DNA of 63,055 bases, counting the filler, from Circinaria calcarea (taxonomy: Eukaryota), in assembly GCA_051942165.1 (NCBI GenBank). It is 2 parts of 2 records of this genome, joined end to end, with 100 filler letters (N's around TTAATTAATTAA, not from the genome) between each part and the next. Parts side by side here need not be neighbours in the genome. Positions count along the whole stretch, not along the records: positions 31,774 to 63,055 come from JAVECS010000041.1; 1 more part is not named here. One strand, 5' to 3'. Shown here one piece after another: positions 50,501 through 61,542 of the stretch. The first letter of the stretch is position 1. The number at the start of each line of letters is the position of its first letter. The notes below the pieces were generated by a model. It ran no database searches, was not told where the DNA came from, and saw nothing but the letters and a program-made list of their open reading frames with translations. The position numbers were made by a program, and so were the translations under genes.

Positions 50501-52905
50501 AAAGCTATTTGGATAGCAGTACACAGCGGCTGGCTCAACAATGCCATCCCTACTCGTGACGTTTCTGAATCTTTTAATAACTCATCTGCGTATCATCAGT
50601 ATTGCAACAAGCCTAGGCGGGAACATTAAGATATACCCATCAAATCCCAAGTTGCTCCAATCTTCTTCAGGTATTTACCTGCCGTTATGATAACTTCCTT
50701 AAAGATCGGGTAGGCCTGAATTAGTTCGCGACCCATTGCGGACCATTGGGCTCCTTGTCCAGTGAATACATAGCCTAGGGTCGGGACCTTTGCTGCCTTG
50801 AAAAGCCTAAGGTCACCCTCAAGTTTTTCTATTAGATGCGATAGTGAAGTCGCGGATAAAGCTGTTTTCCAAGGCAACATTGATCGGCGTTCGTTAAGAG
50901 TGAAAGCCAAATTATCCAAGTCATCGTATTTGGAACGCCCCTGACGCTTCTGGAGATAAGCGGCCAGATTTTTAGCCTGTTGTTTTCCGGAATTCTCGTC
51001 AAAAGATGACAAGACGTAGACCCGACTGCTACTACAGTCCTCAACGCTAGCAGAACCGTTGGCAGAATTGGGATTGCTCTCATTAGGCATATGGATTTGG
51101 TGGGCACTCTGTTTTAGTTGCAGAGGCAAAGATGAAAGGGAGGATGTCGTCCTATATGATCCTTCGAGACCTCTTGATGTCAAGTAACTCCGAGCGTCAT
51201 CAATAATGACATGTGCATTGGTCCCTCCATAGCCGAAGCTATTGACGGAAGCTCGACGCAAGAAAGAATTCCAAGGCTCAGTGGTTGTTGGAACTCTCAA
51301 TCTCCAGTCGTGCATTGGAATACGCTCGTTGGCCTTCTCAAAGTTGCGATTTGGTAAAATAAGGTCATTTTCGAGCATAAGTACAGTTTTGATAAGGCCG
51401 GCCAAACCACTAGCACCCTCTAAATGCCCCATGTTCGACTTAATAGACCCAATTCTGAGAGGTTTTTCCGCAGGTCGTCCAGGCGCAAAGATCTTGGCGA
51501 TTGCACCGCATTCAATTGGATCTCCAGCTGGAGTCCCAGTGCCGTGTGCCTCTATATAACTCGTCTCTAGAGGGTCAAGGCCAGCGCCTCTGTAAACACT
51601 GGCAATGAGTGCCTCTTGGGCGTCCTTGCTCGGGAGTGTAATACCGGCAGTCTTGCCGTCTTGATTGAGTCCCGTATTCCGAATCACGCCTCGTATGGTG
51701 TCACCGTCCTTCAAGGCGGCTTCCAGGGACTTGAGAACAACACATGCCGCCCCTTCACCACGTGCATAACCATTCGCACGATGATCGAAGGAATAACAAC
51801 GTCCATCAGGAGACAGGAATCTAAAAGCAGAGAATAAACGAACAGAAGAAGGTAATAAGCTAAACATGATAAAGTGCTTACCTCATCATATTCATCGTAA
51901 TCATGATCTCGTGACTCAATATCACATTCGAACCACCAACGATAGCCTGCTTCGACTCGCCGCTCCGAATAGTCTGACTTTAGCGAGCACGAGGGTTAGC
52001 CGCGCATCACGGCGCTGATCGGGAAGAACCTTACCACGCCAGATGGAGCGCGACTAAGCTAGCCGAGCAAGCCGTGTCAACAGAGACACTCGGCCCTTTG
52101 AGGTCAAAGAAATATGACAGCCGATTGGATAAAAAGGCAAGCGAGGGTCCGCCTCCGGTCGCCTGGAAAATAGGCAGGGTCTCGGTGTCTCGGTACATGA
52201 TATCTGTGAAGTCTCGGCAAAAGGAGCCTACAAAGACCGACGTATCAGAGCCGACCAAGTTTTCCATAGGGCACCCGGCTGCACATTGGTTAGCAACGTA
52301 CGAGAAAGTGGAAATATAATCAACCGTTTTCTATCGCTTCATAACATGTCTCGAGTAACAGTCGCTGCTGTGGGTCCAGGGCCTACTGATGTAAGCCTTA
52401 TAAGCAAATAGAAACTGTAGAGCTTGACATACAGCAGCTTCAGTACTCGTCATATTGAAGAACGGTGCATCAAATAGAGCTCGGTCCTCTTTGAGAAAGT
52501 GACCACCGAGGATGTTCGACTGGATGTTCATCAGCAAGTCTTTGTGCCAAATGAATGGGACAATCATACCGTGCCATTTCTACTCGAATCGGGATGATAA
52601 AACGCATCTGCATTGTATTTCTCTTTAGGCATTAGATTCCAAGCTTCTCGTCCTTGAAGAATCATATCCCATAGATTCTCGGGGTTGGTGGCGTCCCCCG
52701 GACAGCGACAGCCAATTCCGACAATTGCTATTGGCATTGTCTTGTCCCCACCGAAATGCCGACTGACGTGGGACGGGTAGCCATTGACCCCGCCGGTATT
52801 ATCATTCATCTGATTTTGACTCCCATGGGCAGTCGAGTAGGTATTGTCCCGTGAAGTCCTATTTACTGGATGAGGTACCCTATTGCTTAGGAACGAAGGC
52901 ATCAT
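44563..52905 (-). CDS. Highly reducing iterative type I polyketide synthase (KS-AT-DH-cMT-ER-KR-ACP)
   Basis: KS: DTACSASL, EAHGTGT, KSNMGHLE. AT: GHSSGE, AYHSHHM. DH: DHKVQASMVYP, HPATLD. cMT: ILEIGAGTGG, NVLHAT. ER: LVHAASGGLG. KR: GGLGGIG, YAAAS. ACP: GIDSLVAVE. No C-terminal release domain. Confidence 0.96.
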
Positions 52906-54484
52906 GGGGTTGAACGTGGGTTCTATAGCATCGGCTATAGAATATAAGCTGCTAGGAAAGGGTTGGGAGTTCTCGATCAATTGAAGTAGAAAGAGAGTAC
53001 TTATAGAGTATATGGTCTCCGTACAGTAGATGCTATAAAGTTATGACAGCTTAGTACTGGAAAGCTTCCGCTGGTTTTTCTGGCTCCAAGCTTTTCCGTC
53101 GACTTAATTGCAAGCAGGCTTTATATTCGACACTAACGTTTACCATAGCCATCCTTGTCAATTGCCAAAACAAAAACTCACCATTACCAAAATAATAATA
53201 CACTAGAATGATCCGCAGTGGAGATAGGAAAACTGTGCATAAGGTTTACTCATGAACAAGTATCCTTGTATCCACCCGTTCCGTCATGCTTGGTAAATGG
53301 CAAGTATGACAGCGGCTGTATATCGCCACCGATAAGCTCTAACTCCTTCACAAGGAACGAAAGCGTGCACTCCGGCTCAAGTGACCGAATATGGTCTAGA
53401 TAGACCCGTTTTATTAGTAAGGAATGGTCTTCTAATGCCCCTGACCTGATCGATCGTCCGCGGGGACTTAATTTGCGCATATGCATATAGCAGTGCGTTA
53501 GGCGTTTCCAATCTCTAATTGAGTAACGAGCTCTTCATATGATGGATCTACCAGGTTGGCAAGATCGAACATGACAAAATTGAACTAAGAGAATAGCCCT
53601 GATGAATACGACTAGCCAATCGGCTTAGGCGGCAAACATGTATCTGAAAATGCCTGCCTTAGGAAAAAGCAAAGAAGATTCAGCTATTAGATATGCATAC
53701 TTTTAACCCTGTACCGGAGCATACGTACACCGCATTACAAATCTCCTCTATGGACGTGTAGGCTTCGCACTATCTACCTTGGTTGATCCTAGTAAAGCTC
53801 CTAGCGTTGTGCAAACCCTCGCTGGATCCTTCGCTAGATCACGCCTATCACCAGCTCACATAATGTTTCGATCTCGTACATGCTCCAGATGAAGTGGATC
53901 GCGGCTGACGGCAGAATTCTATCAGAGACGGCTTTAGGTAGAAGCTGTAAAAAAAGCGGTGAAGATCTGCATTCAAGGCAAAGCAGGCAAATCATTTTCC
54001 ATGGGTAGCGGCAACTGCTTAATCACTCATCTCGGCCTCAGGGCAAGCCTCGGGGAAAATGGACACCGAGCTTACTCCGTACTGGTATGCTGCTCGATGT
54101 CGATAGGAAGTACCGGGTAATGCCCGTCGGAAAACCCTGTTGGTATAATTGCAACTATTCAGCCTCGTCAATAAGCTAAAAGCTCTCGTGCAAACAGCGA
54201 CTACAGTAGCGCGGCTATCATGCAATTTTGGTGCAGATGCCAGGCCCCTTTAAGCCTAGGTGTATGGTAATCAGGCAAATACTAAATACCTAAATTTCCG
54301 GTACTTTTCGGTACCACCTATACGGTACCGCCTCGCTACTTATCCCTAGTATTTTTGATCGAGTTGGGAAACAGGATGCAACATATCTTTATTATTTAAT
54401 TCTTATCATATAATTATCGATATGCTTGCTATGCCCAAAAGTTTGTAGACTTTACTAAGAGCTATTATATTTTAAATTATCAAT

Positions 54485-56091
54485 ATGAGCTTCCTACCAG
54501 GTACTTTTGCAGACACTAACACACCAAGTCTATATGATCAGGTCATAGTTGATATTAAGGACTATGTCTTTCATTACCAGTCCTTTAGTACCAAAGCATG
54601 GGCTTGTGCTCGTACAGCGGTTCTCGATGCTCTTGGATGTGCTATAGAAAGCCTTTATAGCAGTCCCGAGTGTAGACATATGCTTGGGCCTATAGTACCG
54701 GGCAGTTCAGTACCCAATGGCTTTAGATTACCTGGCACAGCATATCAGCTGGATCCAGTAAAAGGAGCATTTGACTTGGGAACATTGATCCGATACCTGG
54801 ATCATAACGATGCATTGGGTGGTGCTGAAGCAGGACATCCATCAGGTAATTTCTGCTCACTCGTCCGAAGCTCCATGTAGCTACTAATCATGACGCTGTG
54901 CTCCCCATAGACAACTTAGGCGCGCTTATCTCTGTGTCAGACTGGCTCTCTCGATCAACCTCAAATAGCGACACCTATCATAAAGGACCGCCGCTGAACA
55001 TACGGACGCTTCTGACCGCTACAATAAAGGCATACGAGATTCAGGGATGTTTCCAGATACGTAATGCCTTCCACGTTCGAGGCCTCGATCATACTATACT
55101 GGTCAAATTAGCCTCAACGGCTGTCGTGTCTTGGCTCCTCGGACTCGGAGAAGAACAGACAATGGCGGCCATCTCTCACATATGGATGGACAGCTCTCCG
55201 TTGCGCGTCTATCGTCACGCTCCCAACACTATCCCGCGCAAAGGATGGGCTGCTGGAGACGCTTGCATGCGTGCGGTGCAGCTTTCACTCCTTGTGCGTT
55301 CTGGTCAACCCGGTGCTCAGACAGTACTATCTGCGTCACGTTGGGGTTTTCTCGCAACCTACTGGAACAACGATACTTTCTCACTTCCTAAGGTTTACGG
55401 AACCTGGGTCGTAGAGAACATCTTTTTCAAGCTGATCCCCGCAGAAGGCCATGGAATATCTGCCATCGAAGCTGCTTTGCAGCAGTCTATCAGACTCCGA
55501 AGTCGGGGACTCGATGCCAGTTGTAACATTCGCCGAGTAAAAGTGCGTACTCATGCAGCAGCTATCAGGATCATTAGTAAGACGGGGGATCTGTATAATG
55601 CCGCCGACCGCGATCATTGCATTGAGTATATGATCGCAGTGACGCTTTTGAAAGGTGCTGTCCCGGAAGTAAAAGATTATAACAACGAAAGCCTCTGGGC
55701 CAAAGATCCTTGTGTCACTGCACTGCGTTCCAAGGTCGAGATTAAAGAAGATGAGCAATTCACGAGAGACTATCTTGATCCAGTCACCAAAAGTGCAGCA
55801 AGCGCGATATCGATTGTCCTGGAGGATGGATCCGAGCTAGAGGAAGTCGCAGTCAAGTACCCGATAGGACACGTCGAGAACAAAGACACTACCTCGCATG
55901 TGCTCGCGAAATTCCGGACGAACATGGCTTTGATGTTTACGGAACAGGAGATCAATGGGATTTTAGCGGCGATTGAAAACGAAGATATGCCTGTCTCCTT
56001 GTTTATGGATTTGTTCGTTCGGCCAAGGGAAAACGATAGTGGCGAGAGGAAAGGGAAGGATAGAGAGGATGGAATGAAGTCTAAGTTGTAA
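54485..56091 (+). CDS. MmgE/PrpD-family 2-methylcitrate-dehydratase-like enzyme (alkylcitrate dehydratase)
   Basis: LDPVKGAFDLGTLIRYLDHND, GHPS|DNLG (one intron), YRHAPNTIPRKGWAAGDA and NAADRDHC motifs. Ends in SKL. Confidence 0.92.
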
Positions 56092-56323
56092 AATAGCGGA
56101 AAGATATTCCAATGGAGCGGTTGTGGCACGTGATACCGATCAAAGCAATGACCTCATTTCCATCCAACCGCCTTATGATCTCTGAGATCGCGGTAGGAGA
56201 CGATTGCTCTGGACGAGGCAAAGTATCTACCATATTGTTATAATGCGAAGTAGATTGCACATCTATCTATCTCGTGTCGATACTATGTCCCGTTCCGCCA
56301 AGTCCATAGGTTATGTTGCCATC

Positions 56324-57288
56324 CTATAACTTTTCAAAGGTCGGGCTTCTTTTCTGAATTCCAGAAAGTAGAGCTTGAGCCACATCGACCGACTGCACGT
56401 ATCCGGCGTTCCAAACACCTGTGTAACGGAGGCCTACCGTGCACATTAGCAGCCAGGCTTTAAATAGCTTTGCCAGAATACTCGCTGTTCTGAATGGTGT
56501 GGTCGCGGCTGTAGTTCAACAACTCCTTGGTACCAATCACGGCAACCGGGCTCTTGCTTGCCAACAGCTTAGCAAGTTTGAGGCCTTCGGTGAGAGCGTC
56601 TGCCTTTGTTTCCATTACCTTATTGACGAAGCCTTCTCGCAGTGCCTCATTGGATCCGAAGGTCCTTGCTGTCAAGCACACCTCTTTGACCCAGCCAAAA
56701 TTGCGGACGATCTTCGGAAGCCGATTGAGTGTTCCCAAGTCAGCTGCGAGGCCTATATCGACTTCTTTCACACTCATTTGTACATCGCTGGAGCACAGTC
56801 GGATATCACAACAGCAGGCGACATCAATCGCAAAACCTATGGAAAAGCCATGGAGGATGCAAATCACGGCTTTCATCTCCAGTCAGCTATCACCCTGTAG
56901 GCCCTAAATGGCAAGATCGGAGAAGGTCTGCGGGATACATACGTTTCTCGCAGCGCTCTATAGAAGTGATGCAATCTTGGATTTCTATAACGACCCTACG
57001 AATCTCGTTGGCTCTCCTTCCTGGGTCCATTCCCCCACTTTGGTCCAGTATCCCACCGGAACTTGCCTCGTTCACGTCGAGTCCAGCAGTGAAGGCTCGG
57101 TCTCCAGCGCCAGAGAGAATTATGCTCCGGACATCCGGGTCATATGACAACTGGTCGAAAATTTTCCTTAATTCCAGCCACATGATCTTTACAAAGGTGT
57201 TCATACGAGTTGTGCCATTGATCTCAACATAAGCGACGAAGGGGCTCGGAAAGTTAACCTTAAAGTAAGTAAGATCGTATGGGGACAT
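56324..57288 (-). CDS. Enoyl-CoA hydratase/isomerase (delta3,5-delta2,4-dienoyl-CoA isomerase-like)
   Basis: SGAGDRAFTAGLD, KEVDIGLAADLGTL, and SKSPVAVIGTKELLNYSRDH motifs. Two introns; the last exon ends RSPTFEKL*. Confidence 0.9.
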
Positions 57289-57600
57289 CTTGCTATATTA
57301 AAAGGAGGGAAGGAGATACTGGCCCAATCCGCACGACCGTCTAATACTAAATATGTAGCCCTCCTTCCCGATGGCAGCCTGACTCAAGGGACAATACGGG
57401 GTTCTACACTGCAGAAGATAAGCTACATGCGTCATAATTAATTGTGGGTCCAAGCAGTCATAACGACGGAATTTCGAGGCAATCTCTTATGGTCTCCCAA
57501 ACATATATATAATGTACTTGTCTCCCATGTTGTCCTACCGATTCTGCTTATCGAAACATACCTCAATTATATCTACTCTTCGTTGAAGCTGATCTAAATA

Positions 57601-58348
57601 ATGCCAAACCTAAGATTTCTGTGTCTACACGGTGCAGGTACAAGTGCAAGCGTAAGTAGTCTGTCTCCTGAACTATTGCTTTCCCAACCTGTCATATCTC
57701 GGAGTCTAACAGGATCAACAGATCATGGAGTCTCAGCTAGGCCCATTGGCTTATGAACATAGCAAAGACAATAGTGCAGAATTCGTGTATCTGGAAGGAG
57801 AGATACCTTCACCGGCCGGCTCTGGTGTCGGAGACGTCTATGAAGGGCCCTACTACAGCTTTTACCCTTGGCCGCCTGAAATGGAGCCAGGCCAATATGA
57901 GAGATCCAGGGAAGAAGCGTACCAACTCATTTACGAAACGATCGAGGAAGATGGCCCCTTTGACGGTATCATTGGATTTTCACAAGGCGCCACCCTCACT
58001 TACTCGTTTTTGCAACATCATGCCAAAACCCACCCGTTTGACCCCCCCTACTCGCCATTCAGGTGTGCAGTCTTCATCTGCGGCCTTCCTCCATTCAGAC
58101 TTGACACGAGGGCCACAATGCTCTTTGACGACATCCAAACCAAGGTTTCGATACCCACGGTACATATTGCGGGTAAGAGTGATGATGTCTTCAAGCATTC
58201 CCTTGCCTTGTACGATATGTGCAAAGCAGAGACGTCTACATTGCTCTGTCACAGCCAGGGTCACACGGTCCCTTGGAACCGTCAGATCACCGTGGCCATG
58301 GCTAATGCGATCCGAAAGCTCGATAGCCAAGCGACTATGGGGGGATAG
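57601..58348 (+). CDS. FSH1/DUF341 serine hydrolase (LovG-like polyketide-releasing esterase)
   Basis: MPNLRFLCLHGAGTSAS|intron, GPFDGIIGFSQGA nucleophile motif, IPTVHIAGKSD and HSQGHTVP. Confidence 0.9.
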
Positions 58349-59515
58349 ATTTTTCCAGCACGGTTGAAAGGGGGAGATTTGCCTTGCTTGCCGAGCTCGT
58401 GATCTCAAGCGGCCGGACGTGTGGTGCCATGGGTAATAGCCGTGGAAGGATTCATCTGCAGAGATGCCCGTTTCTTGAAATCCGTGGAGCATCGGCTGCA
58501 TGGAGAGATAGCGCCAATAATCTAGAATTCAATTTCATACTGCGATGGCTTATGCTGCAAATGATAGCTACCCCCTGCTTCAGCGTGAATGCCTCGGGAG
58601 TAACCCTTGATGACAGCGACGCCTCCAACGGGGGGCTAGCTTAGTCGACTCGTCACCACCCAGACCAGGCGTTTTCTCCGACATCGGGCAAAAGGTACGG
58701 AGTAGCTTCCACAAACCGTCTCGCGATGTCGAGGTTCGAATGAACGATAAAGATGTATCGTGGGATGGTTACCATGATCCCGGATGGCAGGTACGTCAAG
58801 GTGCAGAATCGCTTACCATATCTTAGCGCAGCTTGACGGTTAGTCGGTACCTTAGCCTGCTCAGGCGAAGACGACGGATGTCCGGCAACAAACTGGCTGT
58901 CAGTGGCGGCAAAGATAATGGGACGGCGCGAAGGAAGACGGACCAGCGGGAGGAGAGAGGTTGAGCCGGGTAAAGACCAACTGAGCGGCAAGCCGATGTG
59001 AAATGATTGGTGGTGTGGAATCCAGGTTCTCCCGCTGCTTACTCGGCATCATCCATCGCTTCGATCTTCCTTTCCCATTCCTTCCGTTCGTCCCTGTCGA
59101 TGCTTATCTTCATTCCTAACTGCAGGGCAGGCACACACACACCCCTGCTGCAGGGCCGAGCAAAGCTTAACTCTTGAGGCTCCGGAACCGTTGGAGATCC
59201 CATTTGATCTCCACCACACATGAGTCCTTCGAAGGAGAATGGTGGTTAGGGTAAAACGTCAATATGAGACCGGCAGGTGCGGTCATCAATGCCAGGTCAT
59301 CATGTAACGACGAGCTCTCACCGCTTGATCTGCTCTTCCTTCGCGCCCTCGCATCATTCTCCTGTGCCGCCCACGTCTTTCGGACCGCCTGATGGGTGCA
59401 CCGGCAGCAGCACTGGGTCCCGCAAATCCACCCTACCCTACGAATCAAGACTTCACTCCTCGCCCCAGGCTCTTTTCTGTACAGTGAGGACAATCTCCTG
59501 TTGACTTGGTCAAAG

Positions 59516-61069
59516 ATGTCAGACGGAGTCCTTCACGTTCAGGACTCCCGGACTGCGAAGAGATATGAAATTCCTATCCACCACAACTCGATACGGGCAA
59601 CCAGCTTCAAAGACATCAAAGCCCCAGTTCTATGCTCGCACGCCGCGGACAAGCCCCAGGGCGGACTTCGTATTTACGACCCAGGTCTTCAGAACACGGC
59701 GGTCGTTGAGTCCGAGATAACCTACATGTATGCCGTCGGACTGTTCCCAATCGTACGAGTGTCATTTCCGACTGATAGGTCCTGTTCACCTGCAGAGACG
59801 GAACGAAAGGTATTGTCCAATATCGCGGTCATCGTATCGAGGAACTCTTCCAGACCAGCGAGTACGAGGATCTCTTACATCTTTTCGTCTGGGGCAATCT
59901 GCCATCATCGGAGGAGAAGGCCAACTTGCGGCAGAATCTTGCCGTGGCCACCCAAAATGTCCCTCCGAGTGTCATCGAGACCATTCGGTCATTCCCCCGA
60001 GATGCAGCTCCAGTACCGATGATTATAGCGGGCCTTTCAGCGTACCTCGTGACGGATCCGACAAGCATCCCTAGTGTGATGGGTAGAAATCTCTATCATG
60101 GCATCCCGAAGGCAGTTGATTCTGCCATAATACGGACACTGGGACTCTACTCGGTCGTCATCGGCCTTGTCGCCAGTCACCGAGCTGGCAAACCATTCCG
60201 GTCCGCCGATCCCCGTGGAGGTTTCCTGGAGAACCTCCTTCTCATGATGGGACTTGTCGACCCGCACACTGGACGGCCGGATCCAAAGCACGTAGCAGCA
60301 GTACAGCATACCTGGGTCCTCAGCGCCGAACATGGTTCGACAAACTCCACGTCGGCAATGCTCCTGACAGCATCAACTTTGGCGGATCCAATATCCTGCC
60401 TTATCGGTGCCCTTGCCTCGGGATATGGCCCTCTCCATTTTGGTGCCACCGAGGTTGCCTATAAGGTCATGGCGCAGGTCGGGCATCCCGACAATGTACC
60501 GCAGTTAATTGATCGGGTCAAGGCCGGTGAAGAACGACTGTTCGGCTACGGTCATCGAATGTACAAGACGGTCGATCCGAGGGTTGATTTCGCCAAAGAG
60601 GTACTGGAGGAGTTGAAAGCCGAGAATCCTTTGCTGGCCGTTGCTGTCGAAATCGATCGCATTGCATCTACAGACGAGTACTTCATTTCACGCCACCTCA
60701 ACGCCAACGCAGATTTGTATGGAGTATTTATCTATATTGCACTGTATGCTACTCCCTTCAAATTCGCAATTATATTGTCCCCTTCCCGTCACCCCCGAAG
60801 GGTGAAGCATAATACCAGTACCTAACCCATCCGTTTGATATCTTAGTGAATATCCCCCAGAACTAGTTCCTGTCATGATGATGGCCTCACGATCGGGAGG
60901 CCTGATGGCGCACTGGCGAGAAGCAATGAGTATGTCCCTACCATCCTTCGCTCTACCGTTGCTGTCTCCTGACCCTTTTTTTTGTTCTCTAGATCGACGT
61001 AATGAGATATGGCGGCCACAGCAGATATACACTGGTCCGATTGCCGCTACCTCGAGCCCGAAATTGTGA
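59516..61069 (+). CDS. Citrate synthase-like enzyme (alkylcitrate synthase)
   Basis: MSDGVLHVQDSRT, YDPGLQNTAV, AEHGSTNST, YGPLHFGA, LFGYGHRMYKTVDPR, NANAD and IWRPQQIYTG motifs. No mitochondrial presequence; ends PKL. Confidence 0.92.
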
Positions 61070-61542
61070 TAGTTCTTTGGCGATGGGAGGTCTAAAGATC
61101 TTCACCGGTGTTTCTCTAACCTGTCATGCATGGCTCTAGTTTCAACGTGTCGTGAAGATGAAAATTCAATGACCAAACTTTAAGAGTGCATGCGTATCAC
61201 CCGAGTGATTTTGTAGAGAAGCTTGAATGGTAAATTAGCTATACAACGTAAACGGCCCCTCTTCCTCCTAATAACGTGCCACAATCCCCGGGGGGAGTTC
61301 ACATAGGCAGTTCACGTTCTACCATCCTAGGGATCCGGGTGCTTCCGCCAGAATCTCTCGTCATGCACAGGACATGACCGTTGTAAGAACCACATCACCG
61401 TATTCCGCAACCCTAAATCTGCACCGCACATCCTAGCAAGACCTGGCGAGTAAGCCACCGAGCAGGGTTTAAAACCACGCCCTCACCCCGTGCTTCCACC
61501 TAAAACTCACCCGTGGGTCTTATATCGCGATCGACCATCACC

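Noticed and set aside
58600..59450. Coding-like fragments between the hydrolase and the citrate synthase
   Set aside because: I could not build a coherent spliced model or find a recognisable motif, including any match to maleidride cyclases.
54485..61069. Primary methylcitrate cycle (prpC/prpD) locus
   Set aside because: There is no methylisocitrate lyase or mitochondrial presequence, the synthase motifs are divergent, and the genes are embedded with a PKS and a DUF341 hydrolase.
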